From contig JBHHXT010000087.1 in assembly GCA_046757165.1 (NCBI GenBank), positions 1-19,085 of the forward strand: 19,085 bases of DNA, given 5' to 3'. Source of the stretch: a bacterium. GTDB lineage: Bacteria; Zhuqueibacterota; Zhuqueibacteria; Oceanimicrobiales; Oceanimicrobiaceae. This document shows positions 7,716 to 14,487 of this stretch, piece by piece. Position 1 is the first letter of the stretch; the number at the start of each line of letters is the position of its first letter. The position numbers and the translations under genes are program-made. The notes beneath the pieces were generated by a model that saw only the letters and a list, made by a program, of their open reading frames with translations, was not told the origin of the DNA and searched no databases.

Positions 7716-8207
7716 TTACTCAGCCCGATAAACCGCCAGGCGCATGTTCGGATAATCGGCTGCGCCACAGGTTGCCATGATCTTGACCAGGTTCCGGTAC
7801 TCGATACTCTTGTCCCCCTGAATCACGACCTTGCCGGAAAAGGGTGTCCCGAGTTCTTCTTCCATTTTCTTGGCCTCGGTGGCATGGCGCAGAAGCTCCT
7901 GCTTCAAGGGTTCGATAACAAAGTCCCTTTGCTTTCTAACGGCATCCATGTCGACGACAACCTTGTCGTTAACCATCACCACTTGTTTTGAAACCACCAA
8001 ATCCAACGCCACCTCTGGAGGCGTCAGGATGGTCGATTTGGGCAGGGACAGCGTCTCAGATGGCTGAATCAACTGCCCTTCCGCGGTGTATGCTTTTAGC
8101 AGAAAAACAAGGATGATCGTGAACATATCCATCATGGAAGTCAAGTTGAGTCTGACATTCTTGACGAACGTGTCGTGTCTCTTTCGGCGTGATGGGATGT
8201 ATGCCAT
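7716..8207 (-). CDS. ExbD/TolR family protein (AglS-like)
   Basis: LNLTSMMD27MFTIILVFLLK TM with the conserved Asp, LPKS, IQGDKSIEY..LVKIM; GAGGTGA RBS. Confidence 0.92.
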   Translation of the reverse strand: MAYIPSRRKRHDTFVKNVRLNLTSMMDMFTIILVFLLKAYTAEGQLIQPSETLSLPKSTILTPPEVALDLVVSKQVVMVNDKVVVDMDAVRKQRDFVIEPLKQELLRHATEAKKMEEELGTPFSGKVVIQGDKSIEYRNLVKIMATCGAADYPNMRLAVYRAE

Positions 8208-8227
8208 AGGATCACCTCGAACATTTC

Positions 8228-8761
8228 CTACATGACGATGGCGCTGATAGACGCCTTTGGGAAGAGCGCGATTTCCCGCCCATCCAGTTTGATAGAGCGC
8301 GCAGCATCCATCGTACTGACCAGTGTCTGGTAGTCGATCTTCGGCTCCGCCTGTATCGTGATGGAATCGGTGTCTTTGAAACGACCGGCCGCCTTCTCCT
8401 TGATGGCGTGAAGCGTCTGAGCCAGGTGCTCATAATCATACTGGCCATCCTTCAATGGAATGCTCGGCTTACCTTTCCGGGCCTTCAAAATGGCGGAGGC
8501 ACTGGACAGATAGAATCCCCTGTCTGTGATGATCACTGCCAAATCCAGCTTTGCGTCTTTTCCTTCGGGCTCATCGAACATTGTCGATTCGGCAGGGGCG
8601 GTTGGTGGCAGATTCAGCTCGATGACGCTTATCTTTATCAACTGCACCGATGACAGAAGCAGGGGAATGAGCACCACCATCAAATTCATGATGGGCGCCA
8701 TATTGGGCTCCAGCGCCTCCACCGCCTTGCGCGACTGTCTTCGTGATGGTCTGTATGCCAT
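8228..8761 (-). CDS. ExbD/TolR family protein (AglQ position), with Asn in place of the TM Asp
   Basis: PNMAPIMN26LMVVLIPLLL TM, LNLPP, ITIQAEPKIDYQTLVSTMDAAR; starts 2 nt after the exbB stop. Confidence 0.9.
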   Translation of the reverse strand: MAYRPSRRQSRKAVEALEPNMAPIMNLMVVLIPLLLSSVQLIKISVIELNLPPTAPAESTMFDEPEGKDAKLDLAVIITDRGFYLSSASAILKARKGKPSIPLKDGQYDYEHLAQTLHAIKEKAAGRFKDTDSITIQAEPKIDYQTLVSTMDAARSIKLDGREIALFPKASISAIVM

Positions 8762-8763
8762 GG

Positions 8764-9420
8764 CTAGTGATTTCCCGTTAGCAGATTTATCAGCTTGACC
8801 GTGTGCTCGTCGATCTCGTCAATGATCCTGACGGTCTTGTTGTGAATGAAGGTGTAGATCATGATGGCCGGAACGGCGATCGCAAGACCGAGCAGCGTCG
8901 TGTTCATTGCTGTCGAGATGCCCGCGGCGAGAAAGGCGGACTTCTGGGCCGCATCATACCCGGCTTGGGAGACCGCGTTGAAAGCGAGGATGAGACCATA
9001 GATGGTGCCCATCAGGCCAATGAGCGTGGCAACATTGCCCACCATGGCCAGGAAGCCCGTCCGCTCCTGTAATTTCGGAATGACCTCCAGCGTGCCCTCA
9101 TCCACGGAATTCTGGATAGAACGAAAATCGACATTCTTGGACTTGTTGCCCGCGACCATCTGTAGACCCGCTCTGACGACACGCGGCAAGGCTTTGTCAC
9201 CGGCCGAGTCGCACAGATCGACAGCTTCTTTGACCTTCCCGGCCTTGACCAGTTTCTTGATTTCGGCCATGAACGCATTCGAGTTTATGTTCGACTTCAC
9301 CCAGATGTAGTAACATCTCTCGATCGCGACTGCGACCATGAAAGCGGCTGTAAACAGCAGCGCCCACATAAACATCCAGCCGGAAGCACCAGGACGGAAG
9401 TGTTCAAAAATCTCAAACAT
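8764..9420 (-). CDS. MotA/TolQ/ExbB proton channel protein (AglR-like)
   Basis: Three TM segments; AIER, ATLIGLMGTIYGLI.AF, LAAGISTAMNTTLLGLAIAVPA; AGGAG RBS. Confidence 0.95.
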   Translation of the reverse strand: MFEIFEHFRPGASGWMFMWALLFTAAFMVAVAIERCYYIWVKSNINSNAFMAEIKKLVKAGKVKEAVDLCDSAGDKALPRVVRAGLQMVAGNKSKNVDFRSIQNSVDEGTLEVIPKLQERTGFLAMVGNVATLIGLMGTIYGLILAFNAVSQAGYDAAQKSAFLAAGISTAMNTTLLGLAIAVPAIMIYTFIHNKTVRIIDEIDEHTVKLINLLTGNH

Positions 9421-9468
9421 GGTTTTACTCCTTTCAGATTAGTACCTGACGAGTTCTTTTCTGTCACT

Positions 9469-9828
9469 TTACTCACCGGACAATATTTCCTGCAAAATCT
9501 TCTTGAGATTGGTGATCCTCGTCACCGTTTCAAATTCCCGGTCAAAGAGCATTTCTTTGCCCGGAAGGGCCCTGACCTCGCGCTCAAAACTCCGCTCCAC
9601 AAAGCCGACTTCCTCGAAGTCTGACTGCAATCGATTCCGAAGGATGGTCACATTCGGCTTCTCGACCACGCCCTCGATCAGGATTTCGTCAAGGACGATC
9701 TCATCTGCCGCCGCGGGAGCTGCTACAGAATCTGCTTCGGGCGTTGATGAACCATCCTGTGTGTAAGCGCTGGTCGCAGAACACAGGACCAGAATGGCAG
9801 CAGCCAGACCAACTCTAAACTCAAACAT
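9469..9828 (-). CDS. Small secreted protein, GltF/CglF-like
   Basis: Sec-type signal peptide (MFEFRVGLAAAILVLCSATSAYT), low-complexity linker, then LDEILIEGVVEKP...RSFEREV, recalling the I-EG-xx-KP motif of GltF-like proteins; located between the GltD-like gene and exbB; AGGAG RBS. Confidence 0.65.
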   Translation of the reverse strand: MFEFRVGLAAAILVLCSATSAYTQDGSSTPEADSVAAPAAADEIVLDEILIEGVVEKPNVTILRNRLQSDFEEVGFVERSFEREVRALPGKEMLFDREFETVTRITNLKKILQEILSGE

Positions 9829-9879
9829 TGCTTGACTCTCCTGCTTATTAAACCCTGAGCCGTTCGCGGCTTCGACCGC

Positions 9880-12800
9880 CTACTCGGAAATACTCGGCTC
9901 TTCTGTCTTCATGTCACCATGCACGCGATCGGAGAAATCGATTCCGCCTTCCCGCAATGCCGTCCAGTTGGCGACGCTCTTGAGCTTGATCACCGTTTCC
10001 AGGCCGCCGGATATGCGGCCGCTGTCAACCACCGCGATGGCCAAAACGTTGTTCCCCAGCCGCAGGTACGGCGTGAGATCATGCCTGCGCGGTTCTTGCG
10101 CTGCCTCTTCTGAGTCGAACTCCACGACCTCTTTCCCGTTCAGAAACAATTGATAGCGAGCGGACAGAAAGAGCTCAATCGACCCGGAGACGGGGAGACC
10201 CGGAAGCTCAAAAGACTTTCGAAAATAAACGGTGTCGGACCGAACGAGAACTTCATCAGACCGTTCTTGAACAACTGAATCCGACTTCACCTCAGCGACG
10301 GTCACCTGATCCGCGTCCAGAGCAGTGGGCGTATAGGCGGTGGAATGCGCCATCCAGATAGCGCTGACTTCGCTGTCGTTGAGGTGAGTTGCCCGGCCAA
10401 CAGAATCTGCTTGACGCCAGCCCGTGTCCGTGGCGTCCACCTCCTGCCAACCCGCAACACTTTCCGTGGCGACCAGCCAATCCCGTGACGACGGAAACGT
10501 TTGCACCTCAAACTCCAGCCCAAACTTGCTGGCGTACTCTTCAGGACTCTTCATGATGAGAGCGAGCGCCATCTTCTGAGTCCAGTCAGCCGGGTTGACG
10601 AGCTGTTCGCTAGTTTCGTAACCCAACCGGAGCATGTTGTGCGCCCCGTCCGACAGGGCGAAATACAGGTCATCGAACGTGAACATGGCGTCTTCATGGT
10701 TCATTTGCTGCGTTTGCTCGAACAGGGCTTCGTAGTGCTCACGCTTGTAGTCGGCGAGTGCAGCCAGTGAATCCCCTTTCCCGGCATACTCATAGACGAA
10801 AGACATGAGTGCGTGCTCGTTTCCGGCGATAAAGAGCGAATCCGCGCCCACCGCCTGTGCTTGTCCCAGGCTTTCATTCAGGCCACTGGTGGCTGCTAAC
10901 GCCTGCTCAGTGCTGAACTCAACCAGCGCCCTGAGCTGTTCAGAGAGCGCGACTGCCTGCTCGTCATCTTTGTCAACAAGCGTTTCGTAGGACGCCAACA
11001 AATCAGCATAGCACGCCAGTGCCGTGTGGCTCAGCTTCTGCTTCTCGTGCGGCACAACGCGACTGGTCATGATGATCTTGTCTCGCGACGAATCGACCCA
11101 GGCATTTTCAAGATTCAGCGCTTCGTTCTCTTCAAGGTTGCGTAGATGGACCTCTATGACTTCCTTTGCCAGCGGTGCCACAGCCTGCTGCAAAACCTGG
11201 CTGCGGTAGACCAGCTCTTCCAATTTCGTCATCCCTTCCGGAATGGGTGAATTCAGCAATCGTGCCAACGATTCGTTCTTCAGCTCTGCCATCTGAAAAA
11301 GATTCTCCGACACTTTTTCCTGGCACTTCCCGATCCACGTTTGGGCCACCTGCAGGGTCGAATCCTCGACGGTCAGCTTCGCAGACACCACCTGCTCGCT
11401 GTCTTGTGCCGTCGCCCGCAGGTTCTTTTCGGCAAACTTCTGCAGCGCTCGAGCCCCATCCCGGTAGGCTTTGATTGCTCTTTCATACAACTCAGCCGAT
11501 GTCTGGTTGATCTCGTTGCGGGCAACGATGGTGTGCGCTTCATCGGTTTCGGCAATTTGCTGCCCGGCCCAGGTTTGGGCAAATTCTTCATAAGCGCGGC
11601 CTAGTTTGTATGTCGCCTCGTACAAACGCAAGGTGCCGTAACCGGCGACTCGGGAGTATCCCTCCACCAGCTCGAGAAGCAGCTTCTTCTTGGCTGCTTT
11701 GTTTTGCGCAATTCTCGCCGTCGGCAGCTCGAACTCGATGCTGGCATACTCAGCAAACTTGACTTCTGCCAGTTGAAACAGCGCCTCGGCTACCAGGAAC
11801 TCATCCGGATCGAGGTTTCTCTGTTTGAATTCTTCATATTTTTGGATGGCAGATTCAAACTCGAGCTTTGCCTTCCCCGGTTCGCCGGCCTCTTTGAAAT
11901 ATTGACCGCGGCGCAGATAGGCTTCGATCACCCGCGGCGAGTCCGGGAACTTCTGAGTAAACCTGGCATAGATCTCGTTCGCCGCTTCCAGGCTGTCCAG
12001 CTTCAAATAATGGCCGGCATTGTCGAACAGCAGGTCGTCTGCCTCGTCCGCGCCGGGGAAGCGCTCGGCGAAGGCATGGTTGACGGCTATTGCTTGCTCC
12101 CACGCCTCCGCCTGCACAAACGATACGCTGGCGTTGTAGAGCGCGGCCTGGGCGTTGCTCCGGTTCGTATCGGCTTGCGCCAGCTTCTGGTAGGTCACAC
12201 CCGCATTGTGAAAATCGCTTACCTCGCGGTAGTCAAATGCCAGGTTGTTGAGCGCAGGCAGGGTGTACTGCGACTGCGGATGATGCTGTGTCAATTGTGT
12301 GTAGGTGGTGATGGCCTGGCCGTACTCCTTGACGTACTCAAACTCCAGTCCGGCGTTGTAGAGCGCGCGATCGGCGATCTTGCTGTCCGGTGTTTCTGCG
12401 ACCAGGCGAAGATACTCCCTGGCTGCCCGCAAATGGTCCGAAGAGTCGGAGGCGGCCTGCGCCTGCAGGAAGATCGCCTCCGAGAGGCGGGTACGCGCGC
12501 GTTCACCATAGAGATGACTTTTTTCACGAATCCGTTTCGCGAGCAGTTCTGTGCTGCGGTAATCGCCCTTACCGAAATAACTCTCCATCGTAATGTAGCG
12601 CGCATAGTTGGCGTCCTCGGACTCGGGAAAATGCCGGGCCAGGGTCTTGAAGTATTTGATCGTTTCCCGGAAACGGCGTTTCTCGTAATAAAGCCCCCCT
12701 GTCTTGGCCAGTATTTTTTCGGTTTCTGGCTCGTGCGGAAAGTTTTTGATGTAATTATCCAGGGCAAACACCAGGCGCTTTTCATCATCCGTGAGCTCCT

Positions 12801-14427
12801 GCGGCTGCACCTGCACGCGCCTGAACCGCCCGGCCCGCGTCCGGCTTGCCACCACACTTTCCTGCGCATACGCCGAAGCGAGGACACTATCGCGCTGTCC
12901 CCGCTCGTCGGCAAGCGCAATCGCATTCTCCGCTGCCTGCCTGCGATATTTCGAGTGCAGGTACAAGTTGCTGATGTTGATATATTCCTTGAATCCCGCC
13001 TCGTGCTCCCCGAGCTTCACATCCAGCACAAGCGCCATGTTCCAGTGAATGCGCGCTGCGTTGCTGTCGCTCCGAAACGCCGCCAGGTACTCCCGGCTGT
13101 CCTGCACCGCCTGCCTGTAGAGCTGTTTGTCCCCGGTCTCGTTTGCGCTTTTTAGCAGATAAAAAATGTTCTCGCGCATGGCCCTCTCCGCCAGCTCCTC
13201 GGCGCTGCTGCGATCGGCCAGGGAAACCCTCTGCCACCAGTCACTGTCTTTGCCAAACTTGCGGAACAGCTCTTTGCGGCTGGAGTAGGCCAATTGCTCA
13301 TTTTCCAGATTGCGATAGGCTCGAGTAATTCTCGCCTGGATCGTCGGTGCGTCTGGCGTATGTGGATACATCGCGAGCAGAAACTCGTATGCCTGTATCG
13401 CCGGCTCATATTCCTCCTTCACATCCATGTAAGCGTCGCCGATTTTTTTGAAGACCTCATAGCCATAATTCCGCCCGCCAATCTGGTCGAAATAAGCGGC
13501 CGCCTGCCGGGCCCCGCCAAAATCCAGGAAGCTGATGCCGATGTACTCAACGGCCTCGTCCCGGACGGCAGGAAAATGGTGCTCGAGCCGGGGATCCAGT
13601 GGCTTGACCCGGTCGATATCGTCGGCGAGCACGGTGAAATGCGAAATAGCCGCAGGATAGTCACTCAACCTGTAGTACGCCCAGCCAAGACGGTAGAGGG
13701 CAGCATCGTACAACGCATCTTCCTTGTACGCCAGTACTTTTTTGTAGGTCTGGATCGCACGCTCGATGTTGGACACCGGCGGGTGGAAGAAGTACTCTGC
13801 GACCCGCATCCACGCATCCGGCGCAAACTTGCTATCGGGGGTCGTTCGCGCCAACGACTCATAGATCACCGCCGCCTCCTGCCGGTCTCCCATCTCCTCC
13901 AGCAAGAATGCGAGATTGTAAGTCGCGTCATCCACCAGGCCACTTCCCGGGAAAGCGTCGATGAGGCGTTGGTACAACTCCAGCGAGCGGCTGAAATCCA
14001 GCGTCGGCTCCTGTGGGACTTCCTCCATCTCGCCTTGCACAAACTGGTCGGACTGCACGAGATACGCTTCCATCCGCCGCTCAAAGTCGCGCACCTCCTG
14101 CTCGTACCACAGCTCTGCCAGCCGGATGAGGATTTTGTCCAGAATCGGACTGTCCGGATAGCTGGCGATGAGCGCTTCCATCTCCACAATGCCCGATTGC
14201 CGCAAGCGGTCCTTCTCGGCCAGCAGCCGTTCGGTTTCCTTTATATAATGGTCACGGATCTCGGTCAACTCTTCGAGGGAATAATCCAGAAGAAGCGTAT
14301 CCTCGAGCGTGCCACCAGGGGTCTCCCCGGCCATGGCAGAATCAACCGCCACAGTCTGGGAGTACCCCCCTGGCGCACCAGACAATACACATGCGACCAA
14401 TAATGTTCTAAACCAGCTTGGTTTCAT
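9880..14427 (-). CDS. Large secreted TPR protein (GltD/AgmU-like) with a C-terminal beta-sandwich domain
   Basis: Signal peptide MKPSWFRTLLVACVLSGAPGGYS; many BamD/CpoB-type TPRs (YPDSP, FPGS..VDDATYNLA, PDSKFAPDAWMRVAEYFF, AALYRLGWAYY, ADRALYNAG, FPDSPRVIEAY); helical region; C-terminal YFRKSF...LFLNG...DLTPYLRLGNNVLAIAV; GAGG RBS. Confidence 0.88.
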   Translation of the reverse strand: MKPSWFRTLLVACVLSGAPGGYSQTVAVDSAMAGETPGGTLEDTLLLDYSLEELTEIRDHYIKETERLLAEKDRLRQSGIVEMEALIASYPDSPILDKILIRLAELWYEQEVRDFERRMEAYLVQSDQFVQGEMEEVPQEPTLDFSRSLELYQRLIDAFPGSGLVDDATYNLAFLLEEMGDRQEAAVIYESLARTTPDSKFAPDAWMRVAEYFFHPPVSNIERAIQTYKKVLAYKEDALYDAALYRLGWAYYRLSDYPAAISHFTVLADDIDRVKPLDPRLEHHFPAVRDEAVEYIGISFLDFGGARQAAAYFDQIGGRNYGYEVFKKIGDAYMDVKEEYEPAIQAYEFLLAMYPHTPDAPTIQARITRAYRNLENEQLAYSSRKELFRKFGKDSDWWQRVSLADRSSAEELAERAMRENIFYLLKSANETGDKQLYRQAVQDSREYLAAFRSDSNAARIHWNMALVLDVKLGEHEAGFKEYINISNLYLHSKYRRQAAENAIALADERGQRDSVLASAYAQESVVASRTRAGRFRRVQVQPQELTDDEKRLVFALDNYIKNFPHEPETEKILAKTGGLYYEKRRFRETIKYFKTLARHFPESEDANYARYITMESYFGKGDYRSTELLAKRIREKSHLYGERARTRLSEAIFLQAQAASDSSDHLRAAREYLRLVAETPDSKIADRALYNAGLEFEYVKEYGQAITTYTQLTQHHPQSQYTLPALNNLAFDYREVSDFHNAGVTYQKLAQADTNRSNAQAALYNASVSFVQAEAWEQAIAVNHAFAERFPGADEADDLLFDNAGHYLKLDSLEAANEIYARFTQKFPDSPRVIEAYLRRGQYFKEAGEPGKAKLEFESAIQKYEEFKQRNLDPDEFLVAEALFQLAEVKFAEYASIEFELPTARIAQNKAAKKKLLLELVEGYSRVAGYGTLRLYEATYKLGRAYEEFAQTWAGQQIAETDEAHTIVARNEINQTSAELYERAIKAYRDGARALQKFAEKNLRATAQDSEQVVSAKLTVEDSTLQVAQTWIGKCQEKVSENLFQMAELKNESLARLLNSPIPEGMTKLEELVYRSQVLQQAVAPLAKEVIEVHLRNLEENEALNLENAWVDSSRDKIIMTSRVVPHEKQKLSHTALACYADLLASYETLVDKDDEQAVALSEQLRALVEFSTEQALAATSGLNESLGQAQAVGADSLFIAGNEHALMSFVYEYAGKGDSLAALADYKREHYEALFEQTQQMNHEDAMFTFDDLYFALSDGAHNMLRLGYETSEQLVNPADWTQKMALALIMKSPEEYASKFGLEFEVQTFPSSRDWLVATESVAGWQEVDATDTGWRQADSVGRATHLNDSEVSAIWMAHSTAYTPTALDADQVTVAEVKSDSVVQERSDEVLVRSDTVYFRKSFELPGLPVSGSIELFLSARYQLFLNGKEVVEFDSEEAAQEPRRHDLTPYLRLGNNVLAIAVVDSGRISGGLETVIKLKSVANWTALREGGIDFSDRVHGDMKTEEPSISE

Positions 14428-14487
14428 TTCGCCTCTTCGCTTTGGGTTTGGCTGCCTTATACCTTGAGCTATCGCCCTGTGGGCGGA

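Noticed and set aside
6507..9420. Calling the motor genes canonical tolQRA or tonB-exbBD
   Set aside because: No tolB/pal or TonB-dependent receptor is present; two ExbDs, an AgmX/PglI-type C-domain and large TPR partners point to the Agl-Glt-like class, so gene symbols were withheld.
11704..14403. Long plus-strand ORFs (483 aa and 369 aa)
   Set aside because: They lie antisense to the 1515-aa TPR gene, show no recognisable motifs, and are the expected shadow ORFs of a GC-rich coding strand.
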